Origin: Hypanus sabinus
Taxonomy: Eukaryota
Direction: 5' to 3'
Length of the DNA stretch: 64,000 nucleotides
NCBI RefSeq assembly: GCF_030144855.1
Contig: NC_082714.1
Location: 93,930,001-93,994,000 of the forward strand
Part shown: piece by piece, positions 51,780 through 63,937 of the stretch
Position numbering within the stretch: the stretch's first letter is position 1
How the letters are laid out: each line of letters starts with the position of its first letter
Notes under the pieces: generated by a model
What the model saw: only the letters and a program-made list of their open reading frames with translations
Databases searched by the model: none
Told to the model about the DNA's origin: nothing
Position numbers and translations under genes: made by a program

Positions 51780-51960
51780 CACTGACCTTGAAAGCGTAAA
51801 CAGGAAACCTGTAGCGCGAATTGACACAGCCCGGGACTTTCCACAGACATATTTTTAAATGTTAGACATAATTTTGGCATCCGACCTATATTTCGCTTAC
51901 GTTCCGAACCCACCGATATCTGGGCAATCACTCGGTGCATAATACGCAGCGACAGTGAGT
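51780..51960 (+). promoter_or_regulatory. Putative second promoter and first exon: GTAAACAGGAAACC, NF-kB consensus GGGACTTTCC, donor ACA|gtgagt
   Basis: Motif near 51797 matches 32167 with similar flanks. GGGACTTTCC at 51833-51842. Donor at 51955. No ATG in the putative exon. Confidence 0.5.
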
Positions 51961-52364
51961 TTTTCAACGGTCTACTTCCAGGTTAGTCTTCGCTCCTTTA
52001 AAGTTAGGAAGCATTTCCAGCTCCAGGTAGTTGAAGTGATTCTTTTAGGACAGGGGTTCCCAATATTTTTTATGCCATGGACCTCCACCATAACCAAAGG
52101 GTCCGCCTTGGGGGAAGATTGGTTCATGTGGAATTATTCCGAGATAAGCAATGTGCACTTTGTTGCAGCATTATCACAGCTTCTCACCGGATCTTATAAT
52201 GACTCTCCTGATACATATAAAATATCTCAAATTGAATGTCTGGAACAAGGACAGAGGATTTACTCGTCCTCGTTAGCTCAGTTAGCCATCAATGAAGATG
52301 ACTGAAATATTATTGGAGATTACTGCATTTCCGCCCCTTCCAAGGCCTTTCTGTCTGTCTAATA

Positions 52365-55150
52365 GAACCATAAAACATTGAACATTGCAGCACAGAAGCA
52401 TGCTCTTCGGCGCCTCTTGGCTGTGCCGAGCCATTTACTGCTTACTCCCTGTGACCTGCACCTGGACCATATCCCTCCACACCCCTCTCATCCATGTACC
52501 TGTTCAAGATTTTCTTCAATGTTTAAAGTGAGCCTGCATTTACCACTTCATCTGGTAGCACATTCCACACTCCCACCACTCTCCGTGTGAAGAAACTCCT
52601 CTAATGTTCCCTTTAACCTTTTCCCCTTAACCCTTTACCATGACATTTGTTTTTTTTTTCTCTCCCCTAGCCTCCGTGGAAAAAGCCTGCTGGCATTCAC
52701 TCTTTCTGTACCCATCATAATTTTACATATCTCCATCATATCTCCCCTCATTCTTCTACACTCCAGGTAATACAATCCGAAACTATGCAAACTTTCTCTG
52801 TAACTCAGTTTCTCGAGTCCCGGCAACATTTTGTAATCCTTCTCTGCAATCTTTCAACCTTATTAATATCCTTCATATAATTAGTAGACCAAAACTGCAC
52901 ACAATACTCCAAATTCGGCCTCACCAATGCGTTATCCAACGTCACTATAACATTCCAATTCTTAAACTCAATACTTTGATTCATAAAGGCCAATGTATCA
53001 ATCTATCTGTATTCCCAGATCCCTCTTTTCTACTGCACTCCTCAGGGCCCTACCATTTACCGTGTATATTCTACCTTGGTTTGAACTTCCAAAGTATAAT
53101 ACCTGATACCTGTCTGCATTAAACTCAATCTGCCATTTTCAGCCCATTTTCCCAGCTGATCCAAATCCCTCTGCAAGCTTTGAAAACCTTTTCAATGTCC
53201 ACTACAGCACCACTCGTTGTATCATCAGCAAATTTGCTGATCCTATTTACCACATTATCATCGAGATCCTGATGTAGATGACAAATGACAATGGACCCAG
53301 CACTGATCCATGTGGCACACCACTAGGCACAGGCCTCCACTAAGAGAACCAATCTTCCACTACCACTCTCTGGCTTCTCCCAATGTCTAATCAAATTTAC
53401 TGCCTCACTAAATATACCTAGCGACTGAATCTTCCTAACTAACATCTGATTGGGGACCTTGTCAAAGGCCTTACTGAAGTCCTTGTAGACAACATCTACT
53501 GCCTTCCTTTCATCCACTTACATAGTTACCTCCTCGAAAAACCCTAATAGATTGGATACACATGTTCTACCACGCACAAGCCATGTTGACTCGCCCTAAT
53601 AAGTCCCTGGCTATCCAAATATTTGGAGATCCTACATCTTAGTACTCCTTCCAATAATTTATCTACTACTGACGCCAAACGTTCCGGCCTATAATTTCCC
53701 GAATTACTTTTGAGCCCTTTTTAAGCAACAGAACAACATGAGCTGCCCTCTAGTCCTCCGGTACCTCACCCGCAGATATGGACATTTTAAATATATCTGC
53801 CAGGGCGCCTGCAATTTCAACACTTGTCTCTTTAGAGTCCGAGGGAATACCCTGTCAGGTCCTGGGGATTGATCTAATCTGATTTGCCTCAAGGCAGCAA
53901 GCACCTCCTCCTCTTCAATCTGTATAGATTCCATGACCTCACTAACTGTTTGCCTTATTTCCGTTGAGTACATGCCAGCTTCCTTAGTAAATACAGACGC
54001 AAAAAAATAAGATCTCCTCCATTTCTTTGGATTCCATACATAGCCGACCATTCTGATCTTCAAAATGACAAATTTTATCCCTTACTATCCTTTTGCTCTT
54101 AATACTGTAGAAGACCTTAGATCTTCACCTTGACTGCCTAAGCAACTTCATATTTTATTTCAGCCCTCCTGATTTCTTTCTTAAGTATTTTTCTCACTTT
54201 CTATGCTCCTCAAGCACCTTATTTGCTCCCTGTTACCTATACATGTTATACATCTCTCTCTTCTACTTTATCAGAGTCCCAATATCCCTCGAGAATCAAG
54301 GTTCCTTATTCTTATCAACTTTAATCCTGACAGGCACATACAAACTGCACTCTCAAAATTTCTCCTTTGAAGGCCTCCAACTTACCAATTAGATCCTGGC
54401 CAGAGAACAATCTTTCCCAATCCTCGCTTTGTAGATCCTTTCTTATTTCTTCAAATTTGGCCTATTTGCAGTTTAGAACATCAACCCGAGGACCAGATCT
54501 ATCTTTATCCACGACAAAGTTGAAACTAATGGTTTCAACTTGAAACAAAGTGTTCCCCTACACAAATTTCCATCACCTGTTCTAACTCGTTTCCTAATAG
54601 GGGCTCTAATACTGCATCCTCTCTAGTTGTTACCTCTATATATTGGTTCACGAAACTTTCCTGAACACAGTTTACAAAATCTAACCCGTTTAAACCTTTA
54701 ACATTATGGAAGTCAAATAAATATGTGGAAAGTTAAAATCCCCTGCTATCGCAACTTTATGTTTCCTGCAGTTGACTACTATCCCCCTGCAGATTTGCTC
54801 CTCCAATTTTCGCTGACTATTGAATGGTCTATAATGCAACCCCATTAACGTGGTCATACCTTTCCTATTTCTCAGCTCCACTCATATGGCCTCGGTAGTC
54901 AAGCCCTCTAATTTGTCCTGCCTGAGCACTGCTGTAACATTTTCCCTGACTAGCAATACCACCTCCACCTCACCACCCCCCCTTCATCCCTCTGCCTCTA
55001 TCACGTCTGAAACATCGAAACCCTGGAACCTTAAGCCCCTCCTGTAGCCAGGTTTCAGTAACGGCTATAATGTCATAATCCCATGTGTCAACCCATGCTG
55101 TCAGCTCGTCTGCCTTACCCACAATGCTCCTCACATTGAACATTGAAATT
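52365..55150 (-). mobile_element. CR1 ORF2 long fragment (endonuclease to 3' region)
   Basis: HYRP...AGDFNFPHI (54690-54881), SPGPD (53704-54063), VDVVYKDFSKAFDKV (53323-53517), 3' ORF2 remnants at 52635-52993. Confidence 0.85.
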
Positions 55151-55410
55151 GTCTCACCTCAGAATATTATTACCATCAGACACAAACCTTCTATTTGTGA
55201 CTTTGCATGAACTTTAAACATCATTTATTTTCACCCTGCTCCACTATTTGCTCTGTCACTATGGTATAACTACTCCCGCCATAGCACTAACAATGCTAAA
55301 TCCAATTATATTTCTCTTTTTTTCTGTCTCTTTACACCATGCTCAAATTTAATCCTTCGGACGTAGGTCGCAATAGGAATTAAGAATTCTAATAATCTGG
55401 TGAACTGTCA

Positions 55411-55544
55411 NNNNNNNNNNNNNNNNNNNNNNNNNNNNNNNNNNNNNNNNNNNNNNNNNNNNNNNNNNNNNNNNNNNNNNNNNNNNNNNNNNNNNNNNNN
55501 NNNNNNNNNNNNNNNNNNNNNNNNNNNNNNNNNNNNNNNNNNNN
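55411..55544. other. Assembly gap
   Basis: Run of N. Confidence 1.
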
Positions 55545-56760
55545 CGGTGAGATATATATTACAAATAATTTGGTACAGCTTTACCTAGATAATGACCTGA
55601 TGAATTTCTTCCTTTCCTAGTTTTTAGTCCTCAGGAGCTCCGAATTAAATCATTTTCTTCTGTTTCCTGGATATTTCCTTACACCGCAGGCATTCTTTCC
55701 CCTTGCATTTCTTCTCACCGTACTTTTATTGAATACCTACTTCACAAAGTGTACGATACATCCTTATTCTCTGCATCAAAGCACAATGGTATCTGATGTT
55801 TCGTCAAAAAAGAGGAAGGAAAACGATAGGCCAATGGGCTGATGGGCGCTGACAATACAGACGAAACGTTGATTGTCATCAAGGAAAAAATAAATGCTGC
55901 TGATCGGGTATTCCTCTGATTAGCGATAGAGGAATAGTACAGCACAGTGCAGACCCTTCGATCTACGGTGATGTGCCGACAATTTAGTCTATTCTCACCT
56001 TACCTGCTTACAGAGCCTTCCATTTTTAATACATCCATGAACCTATTTAAGAGTGTCTTAACGGTCCCTAATGTATCTGCCTCTCTGCCCAACATTGGGA
56101 GAGCGTTCTACACCCTCCTCACTCTGTGTAAAAAGTCTACCTCTGACATATCTTTAAATTTTTCCCCAATTACCTTAATAGTTTACTCCTCGATAGTTTG
56201 CAACAGTTTCTTTCCGGCGTAAGCTGGAGTCTTTCCAATTAATATATGTTTGGTATCTGACTGTGGCCAGAGCGGTGAGTAAAGAAGAGCACCATAACCT
56301 TCCACCGTGCCTGACACTGGGATGGTAGTCCTTTGTACTCAACCGCATCAATCTGCCGATATATAGTATTCATATAGTTATCACCACCTGACGCTACCTC
56401 ACGAGTTTGCTCTCTTTCTGCACCAGGAACTGTTAAACTATAAAATAAATTTATTTTTAAATCTGGTTATTATCGTAATTTATAGAATTTAATATTGCTG
56501 GACAGGTGTTAGAGATTTTAAACTTGATTCTGATTGTATTTATCCACCCATCCGTCCTTTTCTTCCCTCTCTTTTGACACATAGGCGGATATTTAACACT
56601 GCCATAAATATTTATACATCATTTCCTGGATCTGGGGCACTATGATCTGCTCCCAACCTCCTACCCTGCGCAGTCCCTTTGTGAATATATCGTTAGAGTC
56701 GGAAATTATGAGATAGAGATGTTGGAATATATAAAAACGAACAGTTCTTTTCTCTTGCAG

Positions 56761-56877
56761 ATGTCTCATCCACGCATGTTTTCCTTTTACTGTATCATGT
56801 CGGTTTTCCTGTGGCGATTATCTTTCAGCTCACGGACATATTCGCCGTGGCCCGAAGCTACAGGGACCGGCAGTCAG
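56761..56877 (+). CDS. Gene 2: paralogous TM exon (DVSSTHVFLLLYHVGFPVAIIFQLTDIFAVARSYRDRQS)
   Basis: Very strong acceptor ttcttttctcttgcag; 117 nt, phase 1-1; ends RSYRD like gene 1 RKYRK; weak donor CAG|gttcca. Confidence 0.6.
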
Positions 56878-56940
56878 GTTCCACATTCTTTCTAACTCCC
56901 CAGGATTGTTTTTATTGCCGTTGTTGTTTGGTTTTAGGTT

Positions 56941-57246
56941 TAAACGAGATTCAAACGAGAGGACATGATTTGAGAGTTAGGGGGCAAAAGTTTAAGGGAA
57001 ACACGAGGGGATATTTCTTTACTCAGAGAGTGATAGCTGTGTGGAATGAGCTTCCTGTAGAAGTAGTAGAGGCCATTTCAGTTGTGTCATTTAAGAAAAA
57101 AATGGATAGGTATATGGACAGAAAAGGAGTGGAGGGTTATGGGCTGAGTGCGGGTAGGTGGGACTAGGTGAGATGAAGAGTTCGGCACGGACTAGGAGGG
57201 CCGAGATGGCCTGTTTCCATGCTGTGACTGTTATATGGTTATATAG
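56941..57246 (+). mobile_element. CR1 3' fragment, same subfamily as 23930-24416
   Basis: EIQTRGHDLRVRGQKFKGNTRG and the TATATGGTTATAT tail. Confidence 0.85.
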
Positions 57247-57286
57247 TTTAACGCTATCGTTTACCTTAAATCTCTTTCCATCTCAG

Positions 57287-57345
57287 GAAACAAGAACGGT
57301 CGGATGAACTTTGCAGAAGTGAGATCACGAGCAGCAGGAAATGAA
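57287..57345 (+). CDS. Gene 2 candidate cytoplasmic exon 1 (GNKNGRMNFAEVRSRAAGNE)
   Basis: Acceptor tctctttccatctcag; 59 nt, phase 1 to 0, same size and phase as 40919-40977; donor GAA|gtagga (an alternative donor follows FAE). Confidence 0.5.
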
Positions 57346-60300
57346 GTAGGAATAAATTATTGTTGGTTTGTTGTATGATAGAACATCACAGTACAGTACA
57401 GAAACAGACCCTCCCGGCCATAATGTTTTTCCGAGCTAATGGAATGAACGCTGATAAACGAATACATTCCGCCTGTACAAGTGTACATTCCTCATCCGTG
57501 TGACGGTCTCAGTTTATTATAAGAAGATATAAAACATTCCAAATGAGACGGCGCAAATCTTTCGTTTGCACCTCGGCATTCTGTGATAGCTACTGATAAG
57601 AGTTACGGAGCACGGAAACAGGCTTTTCCGCCCAGTTCGTGCCTGCTGACTATGATGCATTATTTGGGTAGTCTTCCCTGCCTACATTTTCCTAATGTCT
57701 CTCTAAACCGTTCCTATCCAAATGTTTACTGAATTTTGCAACTGTACCGGCCTCTTCCACTTCCTTAGGCAAGTCGTTTTATGCACAGTACTACTGAGCT
57801 CTGTTGGATATAAGATCCTAAGTTTCCCCTCAAATCTTTCCACTTTCACTTTGACCCCGTGGTCTCGTTTTACTTTCCTTTACCTTGGAAAAGACATGAC
57901 ATTCCACTTTATCACTCAGGATTTTATAAACATCGACAGAGTGGCCCCTGAGCCTCCATCGCTTCAGGGAAAGCATCTACAGTATTCTCGGTCTCTTCTT
58001 CTAACTCAAGCCCGACAGTCTCCAGTTGCATTCTGATGAATCTTTTATGGACTCCCTCCACAGAAGAAGCAGGTTATTTCTATGGGGTATGGCAACCAGA
58101 AATTAGCCAATATTCCAGATGTGGTCCTCTCACTACCTCAATACAATAATTTAATAACTTCTATAGATGCAAGCTGGACAATATTCTGATTAGTTCCATC
58201 ACTGCGTCGCATGGAAACACCAATGCCCTTGAACAGAAAAGCCTAGGAAAATTACTGGGTACATCCCAGTACATTACAGGAAATTCCCTCCCCATCACAG
58301 AACACAGGAGGGCGGTCGCAGAAAAACAGCAGTCATCATCAACAACCCTACCACCTTTCTTCTGCTCACATGCTTTCTTCTGGCTTTGGAATGAAGTATA
58401 GAAATCTTAACTCCCACACCTCGAGGTTCCTGAACAACTGTTTCTGCTCAATAAATTACGGTCCTGAATCCATGTTCTAAGCTGATTCCCCCACCTATGG
58501 ACTCACCTTCAAGGACTCAAAATTATTGACATACCTGATTACTGTTCTTTTTGTGTGGCGCAGTAGGTTTTTTTTTTGCATATTGGTTGTTTGCCCGTCT
58601 TGGATTGTGTGCAGTTTTAGATTGATTCTATTGTGTTTCCATTATGCACTGGCGAATACCCTGATGAAACTCAACCTCAGGGCGGTATATCGTAACACGT
58701 CTGTGCTTTGTTAATAAATTTACTTTGAACGTTGCATTTAGAACTGTGTTGACACATACATAGAATTATGGCTTGTGCTCCAATGTCTATTTCACAACAC
58801 CAGCCACCAACCTCAACTCCGGGCCGGGTTATATATTATATAAATCCTGCCCTGGCATTTTTATTAGAACAAAGAGGCAGGTACGACTCATCGTTATGGA
58901 CACAACTCACCCAGAGAAGTGGCTTTAAAAATGCTCCACCTGGAAAGCACTATATTGCTATTAAAACAGAAACCTCACACTGTTTTAACAGTCTCTCCCT
59001 CCCAGGTATTTAATCTAATCAACCATTCTAGTTAGCCCCGCTCCCTCTATTTCTTCCCGCGATCAAGCACTGCAGCCCTTTAAACAACAATTTTTAATGC
59101 CGTTTATATCGTATTTTGTGCTGAAATAATGAAGGATCCACTTCGCTGTGTGCCTCAGAGATCTTCCGTGTACCTCACTTCCATCATTGTTACACTTTCA
59201 ACCTGAATGTCCAATTTCGCATTTACCCGTGCGGCAAAGCATTTGTTAGTTATTTATCCTCTTGTTTAAACTACCATTAACAGTCTTTTCTCGTTATGGC
59301 CCTTTCAAACTTCGTTTTCTAACTGTCTACGTGTCCTGAAGAAGTTATGAAGCACTTGTCCACGTCCTTTACATTAATCGTAGCAAGATGATGTTTCAAC
59401 ACTAGTCGCAATGGTACCATATTTGCTACGTTTATTATTTTGATCTACATCCAAATTGTGTCTACTTCCCAACATCCACAACTTAATTCACTCTTCTTTA
59501 AACTACCATGACCATCACTTCCAAGTTTACAGGGAGAAGATGGGAGGGAAAGGGATAATAAATTAGCCATGATGGAATGGCGCAGTGGACTTATTGGGTC
59601 GAATGACCTAATTCTGCTCCTATGTCTTATGATCTTATGGAATTATCCTTGCTTCTTCACTGCACTCACCAATCCCAATTCTGAGGAGCTCTTGTGATAT
59701 CTTTTCACCACCTATGCAAATTAGTATTTAATACTACTGTGTAAGAAGGTTAATGGGAAGAACGCTCTCCTTCTGTCCCCGTCACATTCTTTCGATGCTC
59801 TTCGTTTGCTCTCGGAATCTACCAACGCTGGCTGATTTTCAGAGTGGGCTCTTTCGCCAGAGGGCAGGTGCAAGAGAGGATTTCGCTATGCGGATTTGAC
59901 ATGTAGCATGGCTATAGTGGGAAGGGCTGTCAGTGACAGTTGCAGTCATAAGGTGATAGTCTTCTGAGGGCTTCCGGTGAGTAATGCCCAAGAAGGCCGC
60001 AATCTGTTACAGATCAAATCCATGTCTTTCCTGGTGTGTACGAAATTAGGTCAGCTAAACAATGGTAAGTAAGTTCAAAATAGCGATTTGTAAAACTTCC
60101 AGTCCTTCTCCATATACCAGCTACGGGGAGCACCAACTCGTGACATTGAAGCAATTTCTCCTAGGCTTTTACAGACCACATTCCAAGAGGAATGCTCAAT
60201 CCTATTTTACAGAAGCCAGTTAATATGTTTTGCTGTTTGTTTATCTTGATTTATCATTTGTGGTTAACAAGATTTTGGTTTCCTTAAACTGATACATTTA

Positions 60301-60399
60301 ATTTCACTTTGTACCTATGTAGGAAACTTTGGCTTGATCTAATTCAAGATTGTATCATTTACAATGTACAATAAAAGAGATTGGAAAAATGAAAGTCTG

Positions 60400-60830
60400 T
60401 GTATTTTCGATTCCATGAATTGCGGTCAAGAAATGCAGAAGAGGCTTGACCCAAAGCAGAGCCGCAGAGACGATTCAGTGGTGAATAATAACTTTAATAA
60501 AAGATCACAAAATAACAGCCACGAAGAACCACAACACCACAACACCACAGTAAACAAAAGTAAACAAAACAGGGAACAAAGTAGACTTTAGCCAGGGAGG
60601 GTAAAAGTTCGGAGCAACTGGATGAGTTCGATTGGTTCGATGAATGAACATGGCCTGTGGATGAGAACTGGGGTTAAACAGGCTGCAGGTGAAAAGTCTC
60701 GAAAGAGCAGCAGGTGAATCCAAATAGCTGAATTGAAACTGGGATTACTTGCATTTGAACGTTGAAAGGCGTCAATGTCCATCGGTACCTAATATCCTGT
60801 AAACCTACTTCCACAGTTCATGGTTTACAC
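60400..60830 (-). mobile_element. Possible solo-LTR-like repeat
   Basis: Minus strand has CACCTG, a T/G-rich tract and ATTAAAGTTA...TCTGCTTTGGGTC, as in fish LTR U5 regions. Termini and TSD not identified. Confidence 0.35.
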
Positions 60831-61999
60831 TGTTTATCCAGAATTAATATTTTGGCGTAAAGTTCCTGGAAATACAATATGGACCGACTTGTCTTTTCAC
60901 TCATTATTGTATAAGACCGCTTAGGTTCAATCGGCAAGGCCACTACAATTAACATACCCTTTTCTCATTGCTAACATCAAGGAGAATTTCTAGGAACCTA
61001 AAGACACGTACACCGTTTCAGGAACAGACTCCTCCCCGCTACCATTAGATTTCTGAAAGGATAATGAAACCATTACACTACCTCAGAATTTTTCCTCTAT
61101 TTTTGTACCAATTATTTTATTTAATTTTTATATCTGCTTCTTATTGTAATGTTTAGTTATCACTATGTATTTCAATTTTCTGCGGCCTCGTTAACGAATT
61201 ACACGAAATATGTAAGTGTTATTATATCTGATTCTGATTCTGAATCTCAAGACCGGGCCAATTCAGGTTGCATATTGGAGTGACCTCCAATGGGCGGAGG
61301 TCAGAGGAGCCCACAGCGAGAAGTGTAGAAGCGGGGCTGAGGTGTCGGGAGGTAAGGGGAGAAGCGGCGACGGGACAGAGTGTCAGAAACCATCACTATT
61401 AATAGATTCACGGCATTGATTTGGTCTCCAATTTTGTTGGGGACGTTCTCTGCTTAAGAAGGCGCCGAGTCAAATACTTACACAATGAAACACATTCGGG
61501 AAGAATCACACGAAACACAGATTTGATTGCCGTCAGTAGACACACTGCTTTAGACCTAAAAATATTTGCCACCCTTATGGCAAGTGTGGGATGATTTCGC
61601 TCAAATTCAAAGTTTTGTCACTCAACCGTACACATGTACGCAGCCAAATGACATTCGTTCCTCTCGTAGAAGGCGTATAACACAGGACATATACCTCCCA
61701 CAGAACACATAAAATTATATTACCACAAATAAAAATATATTCCAGCAGACTGACATTTAGTCAGTCTCCACTTCATCAGCCCAAGTGCTTTGCGATATAG
61801 TTTCCCTTCAGCCGAGGCTCAGTGTAGTTCTGATGAGACGATGGCATCATGTTTGAATCAGAAGATGGAGTCATTGAAAATTCATATTGGTTGCGCCGTT
61901 TTCTCCAGTAGGAACTAAGTTATACGATCGGCGTGAGGAGGCCATTCGGACTGTTTCGTCTAACGACAGTTAATCAAAGCAGTTCAGCATCAGATTTTA

Positions 62000-63360
62000 A
62001 CAAAACAGTTTTTCGACGGTTCCTCTACAAAATTTTACATTTTTTCTAGCCTCTGATACAAAGAATTCCATAACGCCACTCCGAAACCATGGACCTGCAT
62101 GGACCTCTTCGTGACTTCTTGTCTACTGCCACTAACATCTTAAGAATTAATCATATCACTCTTTATTCTTCTGAAGAGTTGAGGGTCATTCAATCACTCT
62201 GCCAGCCCCCAATCTTACTCCCTGTAACCTTTGATGTCAGAGCCGATCAAGAACCTATTAATCTCCGCCTTAAATACACCCAACGCCATGGCCATAGCCG
62301 ACCGTGGTAACAAGTTCCGAAAATTCAGCGCCCCTGGCCAAAAAAAAATCTTCGCATCTCTTTTAAATCAACGCCTCTCTACCTTGAGGCTGTGCCCACT
62401 TGTCCTAGGCTCTCCCACCAAGGCAAACATCCTTACCACATCAACCATGTCGAGGAATTTCAACATTAAAAAGGCTTTAATGTGATCCCCTCCACTCATC
62501 CTTCTACATCCAGCAATTACAGGTCCAGAGCCATTAAACGTTCCTCATACGAGAACCCTTTTATTCACGGAATAATCCCGGCGAGCCTCCTCTGAACTGC
62601 CCCCAATGCCAGAACATCTTTCTTAGATAAGGAGCCCAAAACTGTTCACAATACTCAAGATGAGACCTCACCAGTGCCTTATAGGGCCTCAGCATTATTT
62701 CTCTGCATAGTTATTTCCAAAATATTAAAGGGAACCGGAAGATTCACATTTAAACTTTTAACCCTGTTTGAGGAATGCTTCTTGTAAAGCATCTCAGGTA
62801 GTCTTTGGTCAGATTACACTTGGTGTATTGTGAGTAGTTTCGGGCCCCTTATCTAGGGAAGAATGTGCCTACATTGGAGAGAATCCAGAGAAAAGTTGAA
62901 GAGAATGATCCCGGAATGAAATGGTGAACGTATGAGGATCGTTTGATGGCTGGTGTTTAGGAGAATGAAGTGTTGTGGGGGATCTCAGGGAAATATACTG
63001 AACAGTGAATGGTCCAGACAGAGTGGACGTGCAGAAGTTGTTTTCTATTGTGGGAAAGTCTAAGACCAAAGGCACAGCGTTGGAATAGAGGGACGTCCCA
63101 ATAAAACAGAGATGAAGAGATTTACTTTATCGAGAGGGAGGTGAAGCTGTGGAATTCATTGCCACGGACGATTGTGGAGGCATACTTAAAGCGGTGTTTT
63201 ACTGGTTGTTGATTAGTAAGGATATCAAAGTTTACGCGGAGAATGCAGAAGAATGGCGCTGTGAAATGGACAATAAAATGGTCATAATGGAATGGTGGAG
63301 CAATCTCGCTGGACCGAATGGCGTAATTCTGTTCCTATGTCATGTGGTCATATGGGCTTT
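62000..63360. mobile_element. CR1 3' fragments in opposite orientations (about 62000-62700 minus, 62760-63360 plus)
   Basis: CR1 ORF2 C-terminal remnants and 3' UTR-type sequence. Confidence 0.65.
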
Positions 63361-63937
63361 GGTTTAAAACCACGCTGTTTTCCCTCTCAGGCAAAAGACC
63401 TCTTGGTCAAATGCGAGCGTTTAACTTCTCTAAATGCCTCGGTTGTTGTCCAAAAAGCCGATTCAAGAGTCAAGATTGATTGTTTCTTCGATCCGTTGCA
63501 GCATAAGAACACAATGGAAGCACAAGAAAGTACAATAAGTGTATAGTCAATCCTATAAGACTCAATGTACAATAACTAAGCTGCAGCGTATGTTGAAACT
63601 GCAGGCGGAATAACCCCGGAAGTGACCATTGATTAATGCAATACACTTTTTTTTGTTATGTTACAATAAATTTAATTTATACAAAGGAAAATTCAAAATG
63701 ATAACTCAGAGGAAAACTTTGAGATGAGAATTACTGAAACTATGCAAAAAAACAGTTCTTCACTTAAGGTTAGGAATTTGCCAGAATCGTGACATCCGTG
63801 TTAGTTCAACATTCTATTCCCGTATCAATTGAGCCGGCACAAATCTTGTCAATCCAACAGCGTCAGATGATTCGTTCAGTAGGTTTTGGTGTGTCCCCAG
63901 GTTCGGTCCATTTCTTCGTAACCTTTCAACCAGATTC

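Noticed and set aside
52169-52305. Frame ending SLAQLAINEDD*, echoing gene 1's YAQLAIDTN*
   Set aside because: Five-residue match only, no Tyr at the motif position, no poly(A) signal and no upstream coding partner.
55621-55860. Open frames with a hydrophobic stretch just after gap 2
   Set aside because: Pyrimidine-rich sequence is open in more than one frame; no Ig or family similarity is discernible.
31587-55960. CACAGTG heptamers as possible RSS
   Set aside because: None has a nonamer at 12 or 23 nt; several lie within repeats.
60505-60723. Minus-strand ORF with a TM-like hydrophobic C-terminus
   Set aside because: The hydrophobic residues come from a T/G-rich tract in an LTR-like repeat and end in a stop; there are no exon boundaries.
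61482-61555. Minus-strand 74-nt exon candidate with good splice sites (SKAVCLLTAIKSVFRVIL)
   Set aside because: Open only in phase 2 to 1 with no upstream partner; too short and polar to call a TCR-like TM.
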